A stretch of 63,692 bases of DNA, the filler included, from Collodictyon triciliatum (Eukaryota): NCBI GenBank assembly GCA_043381765.1. It is 9 parts of 9 records of this genome, joined end to end, with 100 filler letters (N's around TTAATTAATTAA, not from the genome) between each part and the next. Parts side by side here need not be neighbours in the genome. Positions count along the whole stretch, not along the records: positions 32,207 to 39,597 come from JBHJMP010003921.1; positions 39,698 to 47,088 come from JBHJMP010003922.1; 7 more parts are not named here. One strand, written 5' to 3'. Under the pieces are notes generated by a model that worked only from the letters and a program-made list of their open reading frames with translations, searched no databases and was not told where the DNA came from. Shown in pieces: positions 32,492 to 44,266 of this stretch (positions within the stretch are counted from its first letter, which is position 1; each line of letters begins with the position of its first letter). Both the position numbers and the translations under genes were made by a program.

Positions 32492-35400
32492 AGACTGCCG
32501 TCCATTGCAAGGAAAGGCTCCTCCTCCAGCGATTTGGTTGGGAAGCCCCCGCTCAATCCTGGCAGCAGAGGGAGCTCAGGAAAGAGTTCGAATAGGTCCA
32601 CCCGACCAAACTCTGCACTCTCTCCTCGAAATCGCAGTGCCACACAAACCGAAGACGCCAAAGATAATAAGGAACCGAAAAGCATAAAAGACACGAATGC
32701 ATCTTCGGGATCTGGTGGGAATGATTCTCGGTCCAGAAAATCAGTGTCGAAATCAAAACCCGTAAAAAAGGATGCCAAACAAGGGAAACCGAAGGCTTCT
32801 GATGGATCGGATATCAATGTATCCAATCCACGAAATGAACAGGTTTAGCTTCTCATACTTGAGACCAATTTTGCAACCTCTTTTTACTCGTATTCATGTT
32901 TATATTGAAGGTCTGTGTACTGTGGATATTTGATAAATACGGTGTATTCAGTTTACATCCTTCCTCTCTTCTCAGCACAAAATGAACGAAATATAATCCG
33001 CATAGAAACCGAAACCTCTCGTTTCTCAAGATTCATTCTCCTTTCCACCGAGTAACTATGCTCAAAACACAAACGGCTTTCCCCAAGTAAGTCGCACAAG
33101 AATGTATGGAGTTATATATCATGTTTGCTACACAGCAGAAGAAAACTAACCGGCGCCAAAACCACTGGCTTTTAGATGAGAAAACCAAAAGGAAATCACT
33201 TATTCACAGATGATGATGTGGACTTCAATTTCGTGGGTGATTTTAGCAAGCTTTTATCCATGATGAGATACTTGGTTAATACTGTTAACCAACAAGCGGA
33301 AACTATCAAACAACTAGAGCAAACCGTACTGTTACTATAATAAAACCACAACATAACTCCATGTTTGAAAACATCTTTTCTTATCCTATTCGCCTTTATT
33401 GAAATTTTTATCACATAATAGAGGGTCAATTATATGAAGGGAAAAACAGGAATGCCTCAAGATTTTACCATTTCCAAAAAAAAAAAAAGGATTTATTTTG
33501 ATGTAGCTTTTTGTTTTCACCCTAGGTCGAAGTCCACCAGACGCAGCTTGAAGGATTTGGAGCTACTGGCTCAATTGGACCTCAGTTGGCAGTTGAATTA
33601 AGTCGCATGGTTCAGATGCCCGACGGTCGATCAATAGTGGAGGCCGTGGCATCCAGCGAACAAGATGTTGTTCGATCCCTCTCCTACATTCATGGTATTT
33701 TTTTATTTTGCTTTTACTAACAAATTTACATGCAAATCGCTCCGTGATATTTGTTTATATTCCCATCCAAAATTTGCGCAACTATATGGTATGTAATAAA
33801 GTAGACTTCCTACTGGTATCGGTATCCGAGTACTTCCTTTCACTTCAATGCTTTCCATCTTTTAAAATGAGTAAATCTGACAGAGCAGTCAAGTAAAATC
33901 GAGACGATTGAAAAATCTCTTCTTCTGAAGAGTGATCGGGATACGACCGTCAACGTGTTGCTCTACGACAGCTTAGTTAAGGTTTACATAGAATATTTTT
34001 TTTACAAAGCATTTAATTATTTTCTTTTGGTACGTAATCTTGCGAAGGCGAGTTAGAAAAATGGGCTTGATTAAATCCTCCAGGAGTACAAAGAGACCAA
34101 GGAAACTGTGTCCCAATTAAGCAATGAAATGATTCAAGTCAGAATCATGGCATCAGCCCCACAAGCAACTGACGAAGTATGTCGCCAAAAAGTTGATGAT
34201 TTACAGGTATTCTTCAATACACACAATGTATCATTCAACGAGCTTGTTAAAAAAATAACATGCGCAGTTTTCATGTAATCATATTATCGTGTTCCGTAAC
34301 ATGCTGGTATTCATGGTGTAGTATTTAGTTCAAAAGATGGATGAAAGTTTGATTCTTAAATTGGATAAGAGAGAGTACACTTATTTTCTGGAAGGCATGA
34401 TGAAGAAACAAAGAGAAGTTGAGGCTGGGTTGGTTGTCAATTGTTTTATCTATCCTTCCGTTTATGTGTTCAGATCTGTCATTTATTGGGGAAAAAAATA
34501 TCAAAGTTGAATTAATTTAATTTTTTGAAAGGATTCCCGAGGCCAACAAAACAGGTTACAATATAATTTCATGTGTCTCTACTTTACAGCCTTATCTTTA
34601 ATTTTATTTTATTTTTTGTTCTTTATATCATTTTATCATTTCGATCTATCATTTTTATTTTCTTCTTTATTTACTTTCTTTTCTAACTTGTATGTTTCAT
34701 GCTTTTTCGATATTTGGATACAAATTGCTGCTTATCGAACGTTTGAGTCTGTGCAATATTGCTTACATTTTCTTGAAAATCAAAATCGTTTTCAGAACAA
34801 ACCGAGCTCCATGGTACAAATCTTGTTGCAACAGGGTAAATACGCGCAGCTCAAACATATCATATAATCAAAATATTACTCCTTTCACAGATGATATGCC
34901 AATCCATAAACAATTTTACATCTCACAGAGTTATTCATTAGGGTATCAAAGCTACTAAACACTTCAGAGCCTCCCTTCACCTCGGCCATAAAAAATCTAT
35001 CAGGTAGAGACTTTTGGACAGTTTTTTCTCAATTATTTATGATGTTTTAATCTCAATATACCCCAGACGTATTTCTGAAAACATTCTGGTCTGGCCCTGG
35101 GAGGTATCTTTTCTTTCTTGATACCATCTGTGCAAAAATAAATCTTCTCCATCTCATGTGTCCTCTTTGAATCTTGTCCTAATTACGATTCAAATTAAAT
35201 GTATATTCCTCTCTTTTCTTTAATGGTTTTTTTTTGTTTTTTCTTTTATTGTTTTTTCTTTTATTGTTTTTTCTTTTATTGTTTTTTCTTTTATTGTTTT
35301 TTCTTTTATTGTTTTTTCTTTTATTGTTTTTTCGTCTGTTGTTTTTTCGTCTGTTGTTTTTTCGTTTGTTGTTTTGTTGTTTTGTTGTTTTTGTTTGTTG

Positions 35401-37059
35401 TTTTGTTGTTTTGTTGTTTTTGTTGTTTTGTTGTTTTGTTGTTTTGTTGTTTTGTTGTTTTGTTGTTTTGTTGTTTTGTTGTTTTGTTGTTTTGTTGTTT
35501 TCAGTGTAGCGTCATGCATCAGTGACCCTGCGGTATTATCGAGAATTGGTACGAGTCCTTCTTTAATTCACGATGAAAACATTCATGACATTCCTGATTA
35601 TTACCTGTTCCCTCTTTGCTACTTGCACATATAAGTATTAGTATCTTCACCGCTTGCTATTTGCAAAAGGTAAATCAGCAGACAGGTATCAATCAAGTGC
35701 TGACGGTGTGATACTATCCAAGGAAATCGAAAAACTCAATTTCTTGGTTAACTTAAAGGTGAGACAACAGCAATCATCGTGTTAGATTTCTCTCCCAAGC
35801 GTTTTGCGCTTTGTCATGTAATGCAAGTATTGCCATACGAATAATTGATTATTGTCACGAATATAGCCTTACAAGCACGATGTAGAGGAAATAATTGGGC
35901 AGCAATGCATTTCAAAGTCACAACTGGAAGTCCGTTTGAGCGCTTTTTTTAAACAACTGAAGAAAGTATTCCAGACTGACTTGAATGCCTTTTTCCAAAA
36001 GTATGAAGTCTATCGCATAGTATTTGGGGGTTTTTTTATAATTTTTCCATTTCTTTATTCTTTATCATTTCCTTATCAATAATTGTAGTAATAATAATGC
36101 TGAGTGCGGATGCAGATCTCACCAGCCCCATCCCCGGTGATTGGTGTAATCATGGAGGTTTATATCTAAATAAACATGTATTTTCAATAGAATGATGCAA
36201 GAACCTAAGAGCAATTTATCTGACAAGAGACCGGGTAGTGGAATGGACTATAGCCAGGTTATTATTTGCTTATTCCTTTTATTCTACTTCTCAGGAGCAA
36301 AAGATTTTCATGTAATAGATAATTAAATCACAAAAAGTAAAATGGCTTCTTGAATTCTTTTGTTTTTGTTTTTGTTTTTGTTTTTGTTTTTGTTTTTGTT
36401 TTTGTTTTTGTTTTTGTTTTTGTTTTTGTTTTTGTTTTTGTCCCTGTTCTCGCTGGCTCATATTTATCATATAATTATATTTTTAGAGCGATTTCTCGAT
36501 TGGAACAACTGGTACCGGACTTAGTGGTATGTTTGGATCTAAAAATTTTAAAGCCATCGACGAAATTCCAGGAGAAACAGCACGCGGCCATGGAGAGGCA
36601 GCGAAGATTTATGGACCAAGGTTCCCGTTGATGTCAATATCTCCTCTCTTTTTTTTTTAATTTCATTTCGCTTTCCTTTCGCTTTTCTTACGTAATTCAT
36701 GAGACATAAGAGACACCCTGAAATCGGACTTTGTCAGCTGGTCCTCATGCGATTTCTTCGGGGAAATATACATACCTTCATGTAGACATTCCATTGGACA
36801 CATCTTAATCTAACACGCTTCCAGTCCGCGCGTGGGGTCGGCTGACTCGCGAAGCACTCACATCTCGACAGCGGCATCGGCGGTCTCGGGTTTTCCTGGT
36901 GCGAATCTTCGTAATCAGGGCAGACTCAACGAGCTCAGAACTGCAAACGCCTCGGGATTCGGTGCAGCTTCGCAAAGAAACCACCAAAGCGCGCATCATA
37001 GACCAGACAACATGCCAGCCGCTTCATCGGGTGCTGAAGCGCCGCTGCAATGTGTGTGA
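32492..37059 (+). CDS. Multi-exon hypothetical protein with low-complexity termini and coiled-coil segments (5' partial)
   Basis: Chain of GT-AG exons: RLPSIARKGSSSSDLVGKPP..., DFSKLLSMMRYLVNTVNQQAETIKQLEQT, MDESLILKLDKREYTYFLEGMMKKQRE, PYKHDVEEIIGQQCISKSQLEVRL, SDFSIGTTGTGLSGMFG..., and terminal exon 36825-37059 ending APLQCV*. No family recognised. Confidence 0.65.
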
Positions 37060-38921
37060 TTTGTTTTATGGCAAAACATGAAACGACCTGTGTGCTGGGC
37101 ATTCACGAGCACTAGATTCACACACGCATGTATTTCTTTCTGTGAGTGAGGAATGAGCGCGGTCCTGTCTTTTCGATATTGTATTTGTGCAAGTGCATGC
37201 AATGTGCGGCAGCCTCATACATGAGATGAAGAGTTCAGGCTATATCTACGATTTTGCATGATGCTCAATGTATATCTTAATCGCACGTAGCAACCAGAAA
37301 TCTTTCAGGAAAAGGGTCCGGACCTCGCGCTCAGGCAGCTACCGCACCTGCAGAAATCGACCTAACGAGTGAGATAGCCAGCACTTCGGTCTCAGCGACT
37401 CCGCCGCCTCTGGTGCGAGGAGGGTCTTCTAAAGCGCAGTATGTGCGATGTGATTGAGCACGATAGCTGGGGATTAGATGTTTTTCGAAGATGACAACAA
37501 CATTCAACCATTTATGCTTCGATTTTGGCATGTGATATCTAGCTGTAGGCGCGATTCGTGCACGTTTAATGATGTTTTGTACCGTATAATAAGTAATGTG
37601 GCAATTGGTAACATAGGCTACCGAGCGTAGGAAGCGGAGGGCCCGAGGGAGGAGGAGGTCTGAGCTGATAGCAAGGGCAGGGCGAGAGGCGCATAGTCAT
37701 TTGTAACAAATAAAGAGCTACCAAGGAAGTGACCGACTCTGCCACATAAATCCGATGGACGAGCGCTCTCATTAAGTCGTGTAGAAGGGAGATTTTTTTT
37801 TTTAATGGCTGAGGAATTCGCAGTCTTTTCTCAGAGAAGTGAGAGGCACATGGATTGGTCAGCGATGACAAAATGCATCACAGCAGATAACAGAGAAATG
37901 GGTGATTTTGTATTTGTAAGAAAGGTGAGGAGGTGGAGCACAAGAATGGGATGTAGCAATGTCCAAGGGCAAGTCGGGTTGAAATATGACCGGGGCAGAT
38001 TCAAAGGCGGGTCAATCACTCGCTGTACCCTCTGATACAGAGGTTCCACACTAGTTCTTGCGCAGGATGATACGATTTTATGTGGGCAATCAAATTGGGA
38101 AAACGATTATAGGTAGTAACAGATGAGATTCAAGATTTCGTTGGTTTTGAAATCATCGCATGAAAAAGTACCTTTTTTTTTGTTTTCTTGTCCAAATCCG
38201 GCAAAGTTTGAATTTGCTTCTGAATAAAAAAAATAATAATTACGAATAGCAAACTCGAATGATTCAAGTTTAGCAGGCACATTTTTGCATATTTATTTTT
38301 CTTTGGCGAAACAAATACGATTAATTTTACATCTTCCCACTTTTATTGAATGTAAGGAAATGTCAAGATGAAAATTCAAGATCAAATCTAAAAGCTGTTT
38401 ATATAAATACAAAAAAAAAAAAAAAAAAAAAAAAAAACCAATATTATCGAAAAAAATCGCCTCCGAACGGAATCCTTTAATTCCCAATTCCCTTTCCATC
38501 CCAAGTACATGGAAATTATATATTGCTATTAATTTTTTACTCACGCACACTCACGCACAAGCACACAATCATCGAAATCTTGTCCATCTCCAACGAAAGT
38601 TCGAGATGAAAAGAACGTCATGCAAATTCGAAAGATGAAGACAACTTTCTTCGCATCGGCACTAGTATATAAACCAACTCGCCAGCTTTCAAGCATTTGA
38701 AATCCAACACACCAGCAAAAGAAAAAAAACCACCGATGGACTAAATTTCAAGAAAATACAACCAATCGCACCCCTGTCCTTATTCTCACCCAAGATGAGA
38801 GATTAATTGATTGAACATGCTGGTGTTCAAAATAAAGAGTAAGTTATGGTGATCGAACAAACATAACTTGACAAAACAAAGTACAGGAAACCAGGGAGCG
38901 GCAGCCTAGGCACAGAGTATT

Positions 38922-39458
38922 ATGGACAAAGTTATATGCCCGCACTGCATGAAACAGCTTTCTTCCAAGCGTAACCGCCGATTGCATCTGAACGTCTGCA
39001 AACGCAACCCGCAGCGCCACCACATCACTTTCCTATGTCCAACATGCCCAACCTGGTGTGGCTTTTCGGAGCAAGCCCGCACTGAGCATCTCAAGTCCAA
39101 GCTGCATCGAGCATCGACTGCACTCTCTGCTAAACAGTCTGCAGCACCTTTCGCCTCTCCTCTAGCACCACCACCCCTTACTCGTGCAGATTTCTCTGCA
39201 TCTCTCTCAGTTTCTGTCTCTGCATCAGCAACGGCATCGGCATCAGCATCAGCATCGGCATCTACATCGGCACCTGAGTACATCCCCCGCCCATTCAATT
39301 ACCTCGATATTGTCCTCGCCCCACCCCTGCCCTTAGAAGATGGAGTTGATGATAATGAGTATGCCTCTACTCCCATATCAAAGCCTTCCTCAAATGTGGC
39401 ACACTGGCTGCTCACTCTATCCAACGCGGCCACATCCGCCACAAACGCGCTCCCATAG
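38922..39458 (+). CDS. Intronless small protein with two N-terminal zinc fingers and a low-complexity tail
   Basis: CPHCMKQLSSKRNRRLHLNVC (C2HC) and CPTCPTWCGFSEQARTEHLKSKLH (C2H2-like), then a Ser/Ala/Pro-rich region. Confidence 0.6.
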   Translation: MDKVICPHCMKQLSSKRNRRLHLNVCKRNPQRHHITFLCPTCPTWCGFSEQARTEHLKSKLHRASTALSAKQSAAPFASPLAPPPLTRADFSASLSVSVSASATASASASASASTSAPEYIPRPFNYLDIVLAPPLPLEDGVDDNEYASTPISKPSSNVAHWLLTLSNAATSATNALP

Positions 39459-39597
39459 CCATCAACCATTTGAATTATATTCTTCACTTTTCCTATTTTT
39501 CCTTCTCTCTTTTCTTCTCTCTTTTCTTCTCTCTTTTCTTCTCTCTTTTCTTCTCTCTTTTCTTCTCTCTTTTCTTCTCTCTTTTCTTCTCTCTTTT

Positions 39598-39697
39598 NNN
39601 NNNNNNNNNNNNNNNNNNNNNNNNNNNNNNNNNNNNNNNNNTTAATTAATTAANNNNNNNNNNNNNNNNNNNNNNNNNNNNNNNNNNNNNNNNNNNN
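39598..39697. other. Artificial contig-joining spacer
   Basis: 44 N + TTAATTAATTAA + 44 N, followed by (TTTTA)n. Confidence 0.98.
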
Positions 39698-39815
39698 TTA
39701 TTTTATTTTATTTTATTTTATTTTATTTTATTTTATTTTATTTTATTTTATTTTATTTTATTTTATTTTATTTTATTTTATTTTATTTTATTTTTACATC
39801 GAATAGTATATATAC

Positions 39816-42455
39816 CTCCCGAGAGGGCATGTGATTGGTTTCTCAAACTCGAACAGAGCCCACTGCAGATGCCCTCCAGTCTCTGATCCGGTCAGCTCAT
39901 CTTGGTAAAGATAATCTCTGTCCCATCGGAAAGCAACATCTACTAATATATTACTTCGTCACTCTATCAATAACCGAATGGGCAATTACATCTCAAGGAT
40001 AAATAAAGATACAAATAAGATAGCAATTTAGTTAATTATTTTTTAAAAAGAAAAGAAAAAGAAGATAAATTGATTGCAAAAAATAAATAAAAGGAAACTA
40101 TGGGAATCAGTTTAGAGTTGTGCTGTTCAGCTCCAACAAAACGATATATCACTAAGCTCTTCTTATCAAATGCAGACCGCTTGCGGATGACGCACTCTGA
40201 GGCGGAAGGATAAAAAATGTGGCTGATGCAAGTGTTGTCGTGTGGCCAACAGTAACTAGTGTGAATAAATCAATAGTAGAAAGAAATGAGAAAAATGAAA
40301 GAGAAAATGAATTAAGAAAAAAAAAAAAGAAGCAAAAATCATGGATATCATTAAGTACTATGAAACTTGGCTTTTGTCCCCACGGTCCCTTTAAAATACC
40401 GGATCTTCTTCAGTGATCTGGCGTGCATAAATGAAATAGTTAAATTGAATTTAAATTGAGATGAAACAAATTTACATGATTGTTATTGCGAAGGTGGGTG
40501 TAATGATATGTGTGTGTATCGTACACAATTGCAGATGAAAGCGTCGGGACACTTCCAGGAGTACAAGCAAGTCCACGTTCGATTAATTCAGCATCCAATT
40601 GAGTGACACAGATACCAAGACGGTCACCCTATTCAACTTGATTAGAATCATTTTTCATTTATTCATAATGCGAATATAATACTCTTTTTTTTTATTTTAA
40701 TACTGTTATGCATTCGTTGTCGCAGTGAGTATTTAAATACCATCCATTATTCTAACATTATTGAAATACCGCTCCAAGTCGAGATATAGATATAATGGAG
40801 AGAAAAAAAGTCACCTGGGTACCAAGTTGGAGAGGCTTCTTAAACATTTGCATCGACTTTACCTTCTTTTGTAATTTCAGCTCAGGGAATTCAATTGTCT
40901 AGGATTGATTGCAGTATGGTGTCTTGATTAATTTTTTACATAATTTTTCACAATTCGTCTCCTTCTAATCTCATATATCATATATATCAGCTGGAAGTCA
41001 TATTTCTTTCTTCGTTTTTTTCTTTTTCATAGTGATTAAGATCAATCTCATGAATGTATGCTTCTTTTTCTTTTAGAAAAACAATACCTGATTTACTTGA
41101 ACGGACCCAGACAAAACAGTTCCTGTCAATACCGTCCCCTGCCCTCGGATGGCGAAACAATGGTCGATGGAAAAGAGAAACGGCCCATCAGGACTTCTTC
41201 GAGGAAGCTATATAAAATATACAATAAGTTATGATATAAAAAAAAAAAAGGGTGGGGCACGAATATCAAATTTTACATCGGGTTTGTGTACTTTTTCAAT
41301 TGGGGATGAAATTTTTTTGTGCCTAATGAAATTACCAAGTATAGCTTATATAGCTACTAGTATCATGCTGAAAGCTATGTTTCATATTAAATTCGTATAC
41401 AATACTTCCATAAATTAATGTCGTGCCTTTTTTTTTTCTTCTTTTGCGGGTGATTTTGTGTTAATTTAATTTTATCTTTATTTTATGATCATGAAACCCT
41501 TCCTTCATCTTAATCGAATAAAGGAGAAAAAAATTATGTTCATACGAGCACATGTGTGTGCGAATTTGTTCTTGTAAAGACTATTAACTGACCTTCACAA
41601 AGGACTTGAACAAGTCGAAAAAATCGAGAAGGCCGGTGGGCTGACCAGAAGGACTTTATAGATATTATTGTGTGAAGCAATTGATATAGTATGTGGATAG
41701 TGGCATATTTCAAGGCATATTGATGGAGGCAAGAAAAAGGGAGTATCTTACTCTGCCCCTGGACAAGCAGATACAGCTACCATCGGAACATCACCAAACT
41801 TTGTTGCTTGAAAGGTTTTTTTGAGTCTCATTTTCATCTACACGTATGATTCACCTCATGAATTGATATATTTGCATCCGAAAAAAAACAGCATTATTGA
41901 AAAGAAAATTTTGATTGGGAATAGAAGCATATATATATGTATGTCTGTTTTTATCTCTTCGTTTATTCTATTCAAAGAATGTATGTTGTATGAGACTAAG
42001 ATTTGATATTTTAACATTACAGATGTAAATGCGTAAAGATATGGACTAGTCATGGCGTGTCATACGTGCAGAAAAAAAATATTGGTTTGTATGTTTTTAG
42101 GGGTAGTGACATATAGAAGATAAGAAAAACTTTATCAATAGATTTTTCTCTTTCCTCCACCGGCAGCAAGTCGATTTTGTTAATTACAACAATCAATTCG
42201 TTCGTCAAAATCTCTCCAACAATTAAACCCTGGATTATTGTTTCAAAAAAAAATTAAATACATCGACCTCGTTCGCTCTTATTCAGCTCAAATGAGGTGG
42301 TGGTGTATTTTTCATACATCACAAGTAATAAATTCACTTGCAAAAGGGCTTTGTAGATGTAACGTTTAAAAGGGGACTACATACCTCGGCTGTTTGGGTC
42401 TGTATTCCCTTTTGAACGTCTACAACCAAAATCATCATATCAATGATTTGTGCAC
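39816..42455 (-). CDS. EEFSEC: Selenocysteine-specific translation elongation factor (eEFSec/SelB), internal exons; both ends missing
   Basis: Ten small exons absent from the ORF track splice to GAQIIDMMILVVDVQKGIQTQTAE|GLIVGEILTNELIVVINKIDLLP...|MKMRLKKTFQATKFGDVPMVAVSACPG|...|LPRRSPDGPFLFSIDHCFAIRGQGTVLTGTVLSG|...KKVKSMQMF...|GDRLGICVTQLDAELIERG|...KIRYFKG..TKAKFHI|TVGH...|DYLYQDEL...QWALFEFEKPITCP. These are the diagnostic eukaryotic eEFSec motifs. Confidence 0.93.
41483..41543 (+). mobile_element. Micro-insertion copy 6 in an eEFSec intron (longest apparent 5' extension)
   Basis: ATCGAATAAAGG at 41513-41524 followed by AGAAAAAAA. Candidate repeats TTATGATCAT (41483-41492) and TTATGTTCAT (41534-41543), 9/10 identical. 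Confidence 0.55.
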
Positions 42456-43009
42456 CTATCAGTAAAAAAAAAAAAGTAATAAGAATTTACGTCAATCATC
42501 AATCAAATCATTTAACATATTACAACCTTAAACGAAGGGCCTGTAGACATATGTATGTACAGTGACTAAGATCGGATAAGTTCACTTTTGAAACTCTGNN
42601 NNNNNNNNNNNNNNNNNNNNNNNNNNNNNNNNNNNNNNNNNNNNNNNNNNNNNNNNNNNNNNNNNNNNNNNNNNNNNNNNNNNNNNNNNNNNNNNNNNNN
42701 NNNNNNNNNNNNNNNNNNNNNNNNNNNNNNNNNNNNNNNNNNNNNNNNNNNNNNNNNNNNNNNNNNNNNNNNNNNNNNNNNNNNNNNNNNNNNNNNNNNN
42801 NNNNNNNNNNNNNNNNNNNNNNNNNNNNNNNNNNNNNNNNNNNNNNNNNNNNNNNNNNNNNNNNNNNNNNNNNNNNNNNNNNNNNNNNNNNNNNNNNNNN
42901 NNNNNNNNNNNNNNNNNNNNNNNNNNNNNNNNNNNNNNNNNNNNNNNNNNNNNTGAAAGCTTTAAATTGATTTATTTTAAGCAAAACATAATACGGCATC
43001 TCCTTTTCT

Positions 43010-44266
43010 TCAACACGCAAGGGAAATCTCACCAGACACCAGGGCAGAGTTGAAATCAACCAGGACTCGGCCTACACCTGACGCATACGATTCCTCTGGA
43101 CGAAGCCTGAGTGTGGACAACGGGCTTTGCGAATAAAAAGGAGCCTCTTCACTAGTTGCCTCCCAACCCTCGTGATCTGAATCAGTAAATCGATGCTTGA
43201 ACGAAGCCACCATGGGCACTTTTGGACTTGCGAAAAAGGCACTGCGAATTACTAAAAAATCTTCTTGGCCAACGATGGATGTCTGAACACCCAAAAGAGT
43301 CCCCAGCCGGGTCATCGGCGGCAGATTCCCGCCACTGGGTAGCTCGATCATCAACAAGAAAACAGCAGCTCCAGTCGTGTAATCGACATCGACCTTGTAG
43401 ACGTAGATTCTTCCAATCCCGTTTTCTCTTCCTGGAGCGCCGACAGCAGCATATGCGTATGGTTGAGACTGAACCGAGCCAGCCAGCGCCAAAGCCACAG
43501 AAGCCCCAAATTCATCAGATTCTGTGGCGCTTGGGTACTCCGCCTGATTGCTTGGCCTCCAAACACCATCTGAATTTCTGCGAACAAAAGAATATGCGGC
43601 CCCAGCGAGCGCAGTCGAGCCCGTTCTTGCATACGGCGCCCCAACAACTATAATGCCGCCAGCCACTGCCACTGCAGCGCCTGCCTCCTGCATGGATGAG
43701 CCAGGTACTGGAAGGAGACTCATCTGACAAGAAAATGCTCCTTCCTCTCTCCCTTGGTTGGCCCTGCTTGAGGCGTCCAACGCACAGGCGCAGTCGCCCA
43801 CATAAGCCCTGCCCTGCCACATATCGGCGTCGGGCGCCCCAACAACCACAATCGCCTCCGTGTCTGAAAGGTCCCGTCCAAAGCTGGTTGCAGACACATC
43901 AGCCACTGCAACTGCAGCGCCCACACGCTCGGAAAAATGCTGGCCAGCCCCCTGGAGACTCAGCTGCAATCCGCTCCATCCACTCAAGCGGCGATACACA
44001 AAGGCTGCGCCTGCAGCGCCCGTCTCGGCTGCTCCGATGCAGATGTAGTCTTCCGATGCTGCTGCGCTGCTTCCAAAGCCGCGTGTGTCGGGTCCTGCTG
44101 CATCTGCTCCGTTCAGCTCCAGTAACGGCTGCCATGTTTGTGGCGCAGAATACATGCACCTGAGTACTGCTACGGCGATGAAAATTGACAGGTTGTGGAG
44201 TCGACAGCGACCGGATCGGCTTGTACGCATCGAGCAATTATGATCTCTGCAGATGCTCCCTGACAT
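43010..44266 (-). CDS. Secreted FG-GAP repeat (integrin-alpha-like beta-propeller) protein; probably the first exon, ending at donor 43033
   Basis: Hydrophobic leader LSIFIAVAVLRCMYSA. Repeats FGSSAAASEDYICIGA, VGAAVAV...IVVVGAPDADMWQGRAYV, AGAAVAVAGGIIVVGAPYA...AGAAYSF, EFGASVAL...AAVGAPGRENGIGRIYVY. TCTG|GTGAGA donor mid-blade near the ORF end. Confidence 0.85.
   Translation of the reverse strand: MSGSICRDHNCSMRTSRSGRCRLHNLSIFIAVAVLRCMYSAPQTWQPLLELNGADAAGPDTRGFGSSAAASEDYICIGAAETGAAGAAFVYRRLSGWSGLQLSLQGAGQHFSERVGAAVAVADVSATSFGRDLSDTEAIVVVGAPDADMWQGRAYVGDCACALDASSRANQGREEGAFSCQMSLLPVPGSSMQEAGAAVAVAGGIIVVGAPYARTGSTALAGAAYSFVRRNSDGVWRPSNQAEYPSATESDEFGASVALALAGSVQSQPYAYAAVGAPGRENGIGRIYVYKVDVDYTTGAAVFLLMIELPSGGNLPPMTRLGTLLGVQTSIVGQEDFLVIRSAFFASPKVPMVASFKHRFTDSDHEGWEATSEEAPFYSQSPLSTLRLRPEESYASGVGRVLVDFNSALVSGEISLAC

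Noticed and set aside
37331-38049. GC-richer patch possibly hiding a decayed gag zinc knuckle
   Set aside because: Several assumed indels are needed to read a CCHC motif, which is not supportable by eye.
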